This document shows positions 39,747-50,719 of a stretch of DNA of 64,000 nt, one piece after another. Where the stretch lies: assembly GCF_018977255.1 (NCBI RefSeq), contig NW_024704743.1, forward strand, positions 27,964,001-28,028,000, written 5' to 3'. The notes beneath the pieces are model-generated. The model saw only the letters and a program-made list of their open reading frames with translations. It made no database searches and had not been told where the DNA came from. The DNA is from Callorhinchus milii (lineage: Eukaryota). Position 1 is the first letter of the stretch. Each line of letters starts with the position of its first letter. The position numbers were made by a program, and so were the translations under genes.

Positions 39747-40850
39747 TCTGGCATATGGTACATGAATCGCTTGCCTTACTTCCTGTATTTTTTATGTCCA
39801 CAATAACTGTGGATATATCATCTAGGGCTGCCCCTCCTCTTATATTAGTGCAAAATGGCCCATAAAATATATCTATGAAGGAAGGCTGGACCACATCCAC
39901 CCATGTGTTTTCATGGGATGTTCCTACAACAAATAAGACACATTTGACTGTCACCACACAATGTTAGTTGCACACTATTTTTTCTGACATGTGTTCGACA
40001 AATGTTGAAATAGCACTGAATTTGTTATGGAGATATAATAGCTTTGCGGAGTGTGGTACACAAGGCTGGTCTACCCAAGTTTGTAATTCAGGTCAAAATA
40101 ACAGACATAGCCTCAAAATAAGCTCGAGTCAGATCACATGAGGAAGGCCAGAACTGAACGATTAAAAGACTCACCAGGAAGGATGTCATGCCTCATAAAA
40201 AAAATTAGGGGACTATGGGAAAAGAGCTGGCAAATGGGGAGGAATAAAAGAGAGGGTGATTTAATAATACAGTTAGTGTTCCCAGACTCAATGGGCCAAA
40301 ATGTCTGTTTCTATATAACTACATGTGCTCTTTCTATTGAGACCAACTGTGTTGGATTACAAGTGTTGAGGGGTCACATGTTACCTTTCTGTTCATCTTA
40401 ATCAACCCATTTATATTACTTTAAATGGGTCAAATAAAGTACCAGAGTGTGTTTAGTAAAACCATAAGTTAAAGCTCCTAGATAGGTCTTAAATTGGATT
40501 ATAAATCTGAATATAAATGGGCAATTTTAGAAACAAATACCTATTATATACAACAATTTATTTAGATCTACGTCTTCCCGTTCTACACTGCTAATCTGCA
40601 TTTAACTACAATTATGGAAAATGGGTTCTGTATGTTTAAGGAGTAGGGGCTATTCAGGGTTCTGGCATATGGTACATGAATCACTTGCCTTACTTCCTGT
40701 ACGATTTTTGTGCACAATAACTGTGGATTTATCATTTAAGGCTGCCCCTTTCTCTTTTATTATTACAAAATGGGCGATAAAATATATCCATGAAAGAAGG
40801 CTGGACCACATCCATCCATGTGTTTTAATGGGATGTTCTTACAACAAATA
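39747..40850. repeat. About 190-bp direct repeat pair (39747-39935 and 40661-40850)
   Basis: Both copies run tctggcatatggtacatgaatc..cttgccttacttcctgta...gaaggctggaccacatcca..ccatgtgtttt.atgggatgttc.tacaacaaata. Confidence 0.92.
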
Positions 40851-40854
40851 GGAT

Positions 40855-41135
40855 TCTGTAGGGATTTGTCAGGGATTTGGACCCAACCAGGGGATTGGCA
40901 TCAGGGAGGGTAGAGGGTCTTGAGACATGCCTTGAAGGAGGCAGTGAGGGAGCGAAGCAAAGGGAATATGGGATGGAGTTCCAAAGAGCAGGGGACAGAG
41001 AAGCATAGGCCTGACCTCTGATGGTGGGGTGGTCTGGGCAGGGGATGTGGAGCAGGCTGGAACCTGCTGAGTGGAGGCAGCAATGAGGTTGATATGGGAT
41101 TAGCATGTTAGAAAGGTAGGAAGGAGCTCCTGAGT
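40855..41135 (-). mobile_element. L2 LINE 3' fragment
   Basis: APSYLSNMLIPYQP..LHSAGSSLLHIP..PTIRGQAYASLSPALWNSIP; homologous to the end of the 45290-46230 element. Confidence 0.85.
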
Positions 41136-44100
41136 TGGTGCACAATGGCCAATGGTGAACCTGCAGGGAGAAAATAAACTAGGACTAAGAGTTTCCTTTT
41201 ACTGTGGGCCTTTTGCATTCTAAGAGCATTATAGACTCTGTGCAAGGGAGTTCAGTTTGCAGTTCACACCAAGTTAGATGAAGCAAAGTCTGGCCTGCAA
41301 TAATCACTGGCAAGTATAGTTTAATGCAGGTAAATGCAAGTTGCTTCATGGCTGTTTGTAGGACATTGCTGTGGCTATCACAAATTGACTGCCATGTTTG
41401 CATACAAAATGCACACTTTACAGTAAATCCTGTAAAACTCTTAAGATATCCTCCTGATATGAAAGGCACTATGTCATATCTAATTGTACACAATAGTGTC
41501 GTCCTAACAAACAACCTTGAAGCGAATAACTATTTTTAACTGGCCATTGTTGGCCAGTACACCAGAAGAATTTTTATAGAGGTGCATAAAGTGGTAGATG
41601 GTATAGAGAAAGCAACTGCTAAGTAAAATGAAATGGCTTGTCAGGCTGAGCATTTTAAGCATAATGTTCTGACTGTTTTGCCAACACTTTAGGCACTTTC
41701 TTGACAATACCTCGGAGTCTTGTCGAACTGTACATGGGAGAGCAAAAAATAAACAGACACAACAATCAGCTTGAGCACAATGATCCGGATAGAAAAAACT
41801 CATGCAACTCTTCACGTCCCCTGAAAACTTATAGTTTTGTGGGCTGGCCACATGGAGGAAAAACAATGCATTGTTGGCCGAGCCTGTTAAGATTTTTTCA
41901 CAGCCTCTGTGCTGATTGAATTGCAGTATCAGCATTTTTCATGTCCGTAGACATGGTAAAGAACTTTACTCAACTCCAGCTTGCTGCTTGGAAGGGGATG
42001 GCGCTGTGCCAATGATGTTTGAAATTGCCAGAGTAAAGGACAACAAAATGAAAAGGACATGGGGCGGGAGGGGGCGGGGGGGGGGGGTTTAGTAGAAAAT
42101 ATTTTAGTTTTGTACCAACAGTGGCTCACCAGACCCAATGACATGTGGTCACACGTGAACTGAAAGCACAATCAGCTTGAGAAGGCCCTGTGTTTGATCG
42201 CCATCTGCTGTTGGAGGGCACTAACTGTGGCCGCTTATTTTTGCACATTCCAGGTTAATCCTGAAGTAAAAAGAATCACTTTCATGATAATAATACTATC
42301 ACAAAATAATTTTATGGGGACATCAGTATATTTCACAGGAGATACTGCAAAGTGCAATGAGTGTGAATTTTGAAGTTGAACACGACAGCCTATTAATGCA
42401 CAGCAATGTCCCACAAACAGCCATAAAGTGAATGATCAATTTTATTTAGGCGATTGTTAGCCAGGACACCAGGAAAAACTCCCTTCAGTATTACTTAATT
42501 GACATTTCTTTCCTTTTATTGATGGAATTACATAATAAAACAGAATGAAATGATGAACTGGAATGATCTATATTCAACAATGATTTGGGAAGTTATAGAT
42601 AATAATAATAATAATCCTTGCATTTGATATAGCGCTTTTCACGTCTTCTAGACATCTCAAAGCGCTTCACAGGCTTCAAAGGCTGTAAAGTGAATTGACT
42701 GTGTATATTTGTGGGTGAAATGATCTTGTTGTTTTGTTGATCCTGATCTTGTTGTTGTGGATGTTGCTCAAGTTTTGCTCAAATTTATCCATTCAACCTG
42801 CATGTTAATTGCAAATAATAAAATCAGTCTATGATTAGATGTACTCAGCCCCCATGCCATGCTAGTGCTTCTGCTGCACAATTTATCTGCTGAAATGAAA
42901 GATATCCTGGGCTCTACAAAGAAGGAATGTAAATTGGAATACATTATCTACAAAACAAATTTTGAACATAAATCATTTTAAGTACCCAGTCTAGGTAACA
43001 TTCTTACCCCTGTCCACACAAACGTTCCACTCAATGAGTGTGATTGGATAAAGAGGTTTTTTTTTATTTGTAGTGATATTACCCTTTAAATAATGCTCGA
43101 GTGAATCTGCTAAAAACTTGAACCTTTGACCTAAAGGTCACTTGTGCTGATCTCAAGTCTAAATTCATTGAATCTGGAGTTTAGATTTTTACTACTTGAA
43201 GACATTGTTTATATTTTCAGTATGTATCAGAGTTGCAGTTTTTAGGTTAGTGTTCATGTACCTTCACCAGCTTGAGAAACCAGCTTTGGTTAACCATGTA
43301 AAGGACTATATGGGCTCGAGATACAAATGCAAGCAGCACTCTATTAAGTTGTTTTTGTTTTGCTGCCTCCATGTATTTCACAATATGCAGAAGTTGATAT
43401 TTAGGTCAGTCAAAAAAAGTTTGTTTTCTCAATGCCACATGCTAAATGTTGCCACCAGATTTATTTAGCGCAATGGTGCCAGGATACAACAAGGAGAGTC
43501 AGATGAAACGTGTCTGTTTCTTGCCCTCCTGGAAGCAATTCTTACAAGATCACAAATAAAGTCAAGTTCACATGCTCTCCTGCGTAACTTAGTTGGTTAA
43601 AGCATTATTCAACGGGAAGCTGTCCCATACAGATTAGGAACATCCCAGGTTTCAATCCCTTAATTCTGCTGATTCAGCTGATTTCTTGCCCTGGGTTTGG
43701 TAAAGGGAAGAGAATCAACTAGGGTTCCTGCTCCTGGCAAGTAAAAATAAGGGTTGAAAATATGAGTTGCCGATAATTGGGGTTGGGTGTGGTTAGAGAG
43801 AGTCTGGGATGCTGGGAACAGAGCTTATTATCCAAAACAAACAAAATGAAAACAAACTGTGGTTAGTGTGGTTGTGAATAAATTAGCAACAGACAGACAA
43901 ACATTAAACATCAAAAGGAAATAAATTTATTTTAGCTTCTCACACTAAAACAAAATGACAGACTCCCAGAGCATCAGGGTGGCATTGATTTCATTCCTGC
44001 TTTGATGACACAGAAGTCAGCCATGATTTCTGTTGGTGCAGGAAGCAGCCAGGGTGCAGCGAGCAAATTCGATGGTTGCACACATATGCAGTCAAACCAG

Positions 44101-44159
44101 CTATGATGTTTCACCATACATTATAGATCCCAAATACCATGTTACAATGGGTTCCACTG

Positions 44160-44870
44160 TAGCGAAGAGTGAAAGGCTAGATAGATCTGAAGCTTAAGGC
44201 GGAGGGTCGATTTGATTTAGAATTATGAAAGGTCTTGACAAAATAAACAACTTTTTTCTATCAGTAACAAAAGGGCATAATGTTACAATTAGAGCAAATG
44301 GGTTAAGATCAAGACAAGGAAGAATTTCTTCTCACAGAGAGTAACAAGAATCTGAAATGAGCTGTCACAGAAAGTCATAGATGAAAAAGTGGCTAAATTA
44401 TTTGAGAGCAAGATATTAATAATAATCCTTGCATTTGATATAATGCCTTTCACGGTCTTCTGGATGTCTCAAAGCACTTCACAGAATAGACTGTAAAGTA
44501 AATTGACTGTATATTTGTGGGCGAAATGTGGCAGCCAATTGCGCACAACAGTGTCCCACAAACAGTCATGGATTGAAATTACCAATTTATTTTTTTTCTT
44601 GAGGGATTATTATCAGGTGTGTGGAGTAAGGAAACTTGCCCAAGGTTTCACCCTGCCCGGAATGGAACCCAGGTCTCCCACTTGCAAAGTGAGCACTCTA
44701 ACCACTGCGCTATAGGACTCCTCAAGATGACTAGGGACTTGGGAAATAGAAATATTGGGAGAAACCAGAGAGGTGGAATTAGGGGAGGGTGCATACAGAC
44801 CATTGAGGGGCCTGTAGCGGAGTGGATTTGATGGGCCAAATGGCCTTCTCCTGTTCCTAATTCCTTATGT
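44160..44870 (+). mobile_element. CR1 3' fragment interrupted by a SINE
   Basis: ggaagaatttcttctcacagagagtaacaagaatctgaaat (FFSQRV..IWN-like) lies before the SINE; the gatgggccaaatggccttctcctgttcc 3' end lies after it. Confidence 0.7.
44417..44721 (-). mobile_element. tRNA-Deu SINE, short form, nested in CR1
   Basis: Tail, core and head in reverse; central segment absent; caagat flanks both sides (possible target-site duplication). Confidence 0.92.
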
Positions 44871-45289
44871 CCCTGCAGGAAATGTGCGTGTGAGAACAGG
44901 TTCAAGTTCGACAAGTGTCCCACACAATCAAGTAGCCTGCCGTAACTCACTGTGTGGAGTGTCACGTGTGAAATGGTCATTGCAGCAAGGGGGCAGTGGA
45001 AGTTAAAACAGGGTTTGTTAAGAAATCTAGGAATACCTCACACTGACTCAATGAAACTACCTCCATTGCAATCTAGTTTCAGGCAGAATTCCTGCGATTC
45101 AGTGTGAAGTCCTTCCTGGGTGACCTGATTGAAGCCCCACTCAGATCCCTTATTCCAATTTGAATGCAGTAAGGAATCCAGTTTGAAATCACTGTGTTTA
45201 CTAAGAGCATGACCAGCACTTTGGGACATCGTCCTGATGTGAAAGGCGCTATACAAATGTCATTTTTTGTTGTCTATCATCTGATACCG

Positions 45290-46230
45290 TTCCCATCCCC
45301 CTAAAAACAGCTACAATCATCCCCATCCTGAAAAAACCTTCCCTGGACCCATCCCTGCTTTCCTAACCACCGCCCCCCCCCCCCTCTCCAATCTCCATTT
45401 TCTTTCCAAGGTCCTTGAAAGAGTTGTTGCTTCGCAGCTTTGCTCCTTCTTCTCCTACCACTCCCTTCACGAGCCCCTCCAATCGGGTTTGAACTGAACT
45501 GGTCAAGGTCACAAACGACACCCTGTCCATCTGTGACCAGGGCTCCGTCTGCCTCCTCATCCTCCTCAACCTCTATGCTGCCTTCAATGCCATGAACCAC
45601 TCCATCCTTCTCCACCACCTCTCCTCTCACCACAACCTTCAAGGTTCTGTCCTTGAATGGTTCAGATCTTATTTCTCACACCGTCTCCGCCAACGGATTC
45701 TTTTCCAGCCCCCACACAGTCTCGTGTGGGGTTCCTCAGGGCTCTGTCCTCGGTTCCCTCCTCTTCAACCTCTACATGCTCTCTCTTGGTGACATCATCC
45801 ACAGAAATGGGGTCAACTACCACATGTACGCAGATGACACCCACCCTCCATGGCCTTGCTCCCTCCTACATCTCTGACCTGCTGACCCCCTATCAACCTG
45901 TCCACTCCCTCCATTCAGCAGACTCCGGCCTGCTCCAGGTCTCCCGTCTGACCCATCCTACCATCAGTGGCCGGGCTTTCAGCCTCTCTGCCCCTACCCT
46001 TTGCAACTTCTACCCAGAATCCCTTCGCGTTGCTCCCTCTCTTGCCTCCTTCAAGACACAACTCAAGACCGTTCTTTTTGACCATGCCTTCAACCGCCCT
46101 CCTACCTCTTTGCCTCCCTCATCCCAACCCTGCACCCCCCACCCCACATTTGGATCCTGATCCCCGACTGCTCAAAGACTTGGGACATCCTCCCGATGTG
46201 AAAGGCGTTTTAAAAAATGTAATTTTGTTG
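45290..46230 (+). mobile_element. L2-clade LINE ORF2 remnant (reverse transcriptase, internally deleted, frameshifted)
   Basis: Motifs [33 protein letters not shown], then [32 protein letters not shown] and a 3' tail. Ends about 90 bp upstream of an FHOD3 exon. Confidence 0.92.
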
Positions 46231-46318
46231 AGGTTGGGCATTTTGTTCCATATATCATCATGAAAGCAGAAAGAACTTACTTCATTGTAAACAATCTGGC
46301 TCTTCCTCTGTCCTGCAG

Positions 46319-46430
46319 TTCCGTCTGGTAGTGAAGACAGCTCTGAAGCTGCTGCTGGTGTTTGTGGAGTACACAGAGTCGAATGCCCTGCTCCTCATCA
46401 AGGCTGTGACCATAGTGGACAAGAAAAGAG
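46319..46430 (+). CDS. FHOD3: FHOD3 coding exon (about exon 7)
   Basis: Splice sites tcttcctctgtcctgcag| and AGAG|gtgaga; 112 bp, phase 0 to 1. FRLVVKTALKLLLVFVEYTESNALLLIKAVTIVDKKR(G); continues the frame of the previous exon across a 29.0-kb intron. Confidence 0.97.
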
Positions 46431-47484
46431 GTGAGAGTCCAGCTGCCTTTTCCTGCTCAGTCACTGCAGTCACGTGTCCGCCCTCTGCCTTCAAAATTGC
46501 ACGCTGTCCTTTGCAGAATCCAACCCCACACAGTAAACATATACAACATGTGATTCTGAGTCTGTGACTGAACCCAAGCCTGGGACTGCCCCGTAGGAGT
46601 TTGGATGGTGTCTCTATCCCTTTCGCAATTGTTGTCAGTGTGGGAGACCATATCTGTTCTCCGGCACTGACGGTAATGTCTTTGAATGAAGAAAATTAGC
46701 AAGTGGTGATTCCTGGGTTTTTAATGCCAGAGGAACACGTTGGGAATTGTTCTGATTAAACATTACTTTCTCAATGATTTTTCACTTGAGATCCCTGTAA
46801 TTTCGGAGCAAAACCTCCTCAAAGCTAGAAGAGGCCGGTTTTGTCAGTTTTTTAAACAACCTGCTCTTCTCTTTCATGGTGAACATCTGCAAAGCCCATC
46901 ATTCTGTCTGCACTTCTGAAAGAGAAAACAGGCTTTGCCTTATGCACGGCAACCGATTCTTTTCTTTAATTCCTGCAATTCTCGGATGGCTTGTAAAGCA
47001 AATTAAATCTCACTGCATTTCTGATCTTGCTGCAGCTCCTTGAAAGGTGAACAGAATGTAATTGTGGGAAATGGTTGTGGACTAAGCAGTACATCTGCCA
47101 TCATTTTGCTGTGATCATTTGCTCATTCCAGGTCTCCATAATGCTTCTTTTTTGGCTGTGAACTGTTTATGGAGTCATGGAATAATACAGCTCATAAACA
47201 AGCAATTTGGCCCATCAAATCTAGCTGGTGGTGTGTTTTATCTCTCTCTCTCCACCTGAGCCAATCTTATCCCACTCACTCCTCTGTTCACTTTTGAAAA
47301 GAATGCCTCAAATTGCCTCACAGGTTGGGAACTTGGTGAGTAGCGTAATGGTTATTTGCGCAGACTGAATGTTACCAGTGATCATTGGGCTCCTTGAAGC
47401 GGAGCTCGATGAGCAAACCCACAGCAGTTTGCTCAGCAACACTTTCAGACAGGTCAAAGCAGCAGCACAAGTGGGTGCAAGTTC

Positions 47485-47715
47485 AGAATCATGAGGGGCA
47501 AGTTTAGGATAGCCATCAGGATGCATTTTCCTTCCACAGAGGGTAATCAAGAGCTGGACTGGTGATCCAGGAGAATGGTAGAAGCCTGAATGCTGGACCC
47601 ATTTTAGAATCAGCTTGATGTTGTCATAGGAGCCTCATAGATGGGGGGGGTTCTGAAAGGATGAAATCAAATTGGTTGAAACAAACTCATTCATCAGAAT
47701 CTTCCATTGATCTTG
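47485..47715 (+). mobile_element. CR1 3' end fragment
   Basis: ttccacagagggtaatcaagagctgga..gtagaagcc..cagcttgatgttgt, colinear with the reverse complement of 38290-38460. Confidence 0.7.
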
Positions 47716-47943
47716 TGAAGACACAGACTGTTATCTACATCAGCTGTATAAAGCTCAGTTTATTAATGATCAGGTATCAGCCACTCACAATGCACACACC
47801 AAAGCCTTAATATTTCCAGATTTGCTCTTAATTATAGCTCCTTGTGTCTTTGAAAGAATGGAGACTGCAGCTAACTTACTGCCCCATGAGGAATGATGGG
47901 CTTGGACACATGCTGTAAAGGTTGTGCTTGTGGAACTTTTCAG

Positions 47944-48038
47944 GTGTGAGATCGTGGTCGAACATCATGGAAATTTTGGATGAGAAAGATGGGATTGACA
48001 CAGAGCTGCTCGTCTATGCCATGACGTTAATAAATAAG
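47944..48038 (+). CDS. FHOD3: FHOD3 coding exon (about exon 8)
   Basis: Splice sites acttttcag| and AAG|gtttgt; 95 bp, phase 1 to 0. (G)VRSWSNIMEILDEKDGIDTELLVYAMTLINK. Confidence 0.96.
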
Positions 48039-48144
48039 GTTTGTATAATGTTGATCTAAACCCGAATCTGACTGGAAGCAATACGAGGGAAAAAACTTTG
48101 CGATTCTGAACTCCAGTTCAGGAATGAAGCATTGGTAAGGATAA

Positions 48145-48750
48145 CAATAATCCTTGCATTTGATAAAGCACCTTATCACATCTTTGAGATGTTGCAAAGC
48201 GCTTCACAGATTTACTATAAAGTGTAGTGACTGTATTTGTAGGCTGGCATGGTATCCAATTTGTGCACAGCAATGATGCTTAAGAGTATCCAAACCAAGC
48301 TGAGCTTGCCATGCATCCCACCGACACATGGAAATTCCAGGGATCGAATTTTGGAATTGAATGCGCACTCTCTCCCTGGAGGGACACATCCTGGTTACCT
48401 AATTCTGGAAAGTATTAGGCACCGGTGACAACAGCCAAGGTTTGGGACCCCAGAGTGTGCGTTGGATACTGCTGGAGTCTAACCAGCTAAAACTGCTTAG
48501 CTTGCCATTGATATTGCCATCCAGCAAGCATTCCCGCTACTTGTCCAGCTCGGACCAACCTACCGGTTAGAGCTTTGGGTTGCAGGATTAACAGGAGCTG
48601 AATGGGCTGACTGGTCTGCCCTCCCAGGTCCTGCCAATAAGCCAGGCTGGCTGTGCTGTCATCAGGAACTGGACTACCGAGACCGCCACAGGAGGCTGGC
48701 TTGATTCTGACATTCCTTCGCCAGTCACCTTGGAGCCAGTTCAATTCCCC
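48145..48750 (-). mobile_element. Family X body joined to a Deu-SINE-type 3' end
   Basis: 48270-48750 is the family X body in reverse. It is contiguous with the SINE core/tail at 48145-48270 (aataatccttgcatttgat..gcgcttcacag..gtgcacagcaatg). Confidence 0.75.
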
Positions 48751-49892
48751 TCTCCCACCCCCCACCCAAAAGAATATAAGCAAATATCAGTCGAAAGATA
48801 TAATAATAATATTTGGACTTAATAATAAATAACAGTCAAAACAAATAACTAACAAAACTAATAACTAACAAGTACTAATAAATAACAAAGCAAATAACAG
48901 TCCAAAGATAGAATAATAATGATTCTGGCACTTGATATAATTCCTTTCATGTCGAGAGGACATCTCAAAGCACTTCTCAGGATTCACTGGGAAAGTGAAT
49001 TTACAACCAGAACAGGCATTTAGGACCTCGGTTTAACATCTCGTACGAAGGATGGCACCTCCAACAGTGCACCCCCCCAGCACTGTATTAGAACATCAAC
49101 CTAGACTTGTGATTTCAAACTTCTGAAGTGGGGTTTGAATCCACAAACTTCAGAGGAAAGACACAGAGCTGAGTGCTAGCAACTCAGGCAGACTGGCACC
49201 TAAACTAAAATCAACTAAATGTTAACAATGATTTCAAGGGCTGTAATATAAAGTTACTCCCTCGCGGGTAAACAATAATGCTCTTGGCTTTTGATTGTCA
49301 AAATAGTCTCTCAGTCACTCCTGAAAACCTTAAGTCAATTCTCATCCTCAACTGCACATAATGTTTGTGCCATATTTTAATGGAAATGAGGATAGTAAGT
49401 AACAGCGGAATAGAACTTTTTGCAACTGATTTATCATATGAAGTCTGTTATAAAGCATCACATTTTTCCAGTTATTCCTAAATACTGTCCGTGACTTTCA
49501 ACCTGAGGTCAGTTCCTAGATCTTATGTGCTGCTGTCGTGGATTCCCTCTTCGAAGCAGAAATGTTGTTATTTTCAACTCCAAAGCCAGTGTTTGAGTTA
49601 CAAGTAGGATTGAGTCAAGAATAGCCACTTTTATTATGGTTGACTCCCTGGGGTTGCAGTGCCTGTTTGGATAAAACTGGCTGAACTCAACTTTTAAAGC
49701 CAGACACTGATCAAGCCGTCAACACGGCAGAGGTTCCGACAATGTGTTAATTATCACGTGGAATAGCGCATTTTTTCACTCCATAGTTTCAAAGGTGTTA
49801 CAGAAACGGGGCATTTTCAGGGGGCGGAGAACAAATGTCTTAGATTCATAGAATATTACAACCATTAGGAGGCCATTATTATAAAACTTGTA

Positions 49893-50330
49893 ACAAAAAC
49901 AGAAATCGCTGGAACACTCAACAGGTCAGGCAGCATCTATGGAGAAAGGAAAGTGAGTCAACGTTCAGGTCCACGACCCTTCATCAGAACTGGGGCATGT
50001 TGGGAAGGAGAGGCTTTTAAGGACTAACAAAGAGGGGGGAGGAAGGGCAAGGAAGACAAAGTAGAAAATGGGGTAGAGGACAGGGGATGATGGGTTAAAT
50101 AGGTGTTAATGATGCAAAACAAAGGGGGGATTGCAACAAAACAGGGGAAAATAGGTGTTAATAATGCAAACCAAAGGGGGGGCAATTGCAACAAAACAGG
50201 TAGACCAGAGAGAAAAAAGGTGTGTCTGGGACCCAGATGATGTGGTTAAAAACATGTAACTTAGAAAATTTGTGTTGTGCAGGAATGTCTTTGCCAACAA
50301 TACATTTTTGTGATTACCAAATTGTCTGCA
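49893..50330 (-). mobile_element. Penelope-like element terminus with hammerhead-ribozyme-like motif
   Basis: aacaaaaacagaaatcgctggaacactcaacaggtcaggcagcatctatggag..aacgttcaggtccacgacccttcatcagaact matches a recalled chondrichthyan Penelope-like end. Internal ~52-bp tandem duplication at 50097-50200. The right-hand boundary is approximate. Confidence 0.65.
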
Positions 50331-50575
50331 GCATTCGCAGTGAAAGCGCAATGGCATCATCGGCACCCCAGTGTTTGGATATGGAGTCAGAGTCATTTCT
50401 GGCTGGCTGGGGCAAGTAGCTTAGAAGCAGTGAGAAAAGTGTTAACATGACGCCACTTTAAAAGGGTGTGAAAGATGCCTGTCATTTCTCTTTTTCATTT
50501 CTTTCTGTGCCGTTTAGCAAGATTCCCCCCCTTCCCACGTGAATTAATATTCATGTATTCTGTTGGAATTCCCAG

Positions 50576-50719
50576 ACATCGGCAGGGTTGCCTGATCAAG
50601 ATTCCTTCTACGATGTCATTGACTGTCTGGAAGAACAAGGGATGGAAGCAATCGCTCAGAGACATTTGAGCAAAAAAGGAACGGACTTGGATTTAGTCGA
50701 ACAATTTAATATTTATGAG
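50576..50719 (+). CDS. FHOD3: FHOD3 coding exon (about exon 9)
   Basis: Splice sites aattcccag| and GAG|gtaatg; 144 bp, phase 0 to 0. [48 protein letters not shown]. Confidence 0.96.
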
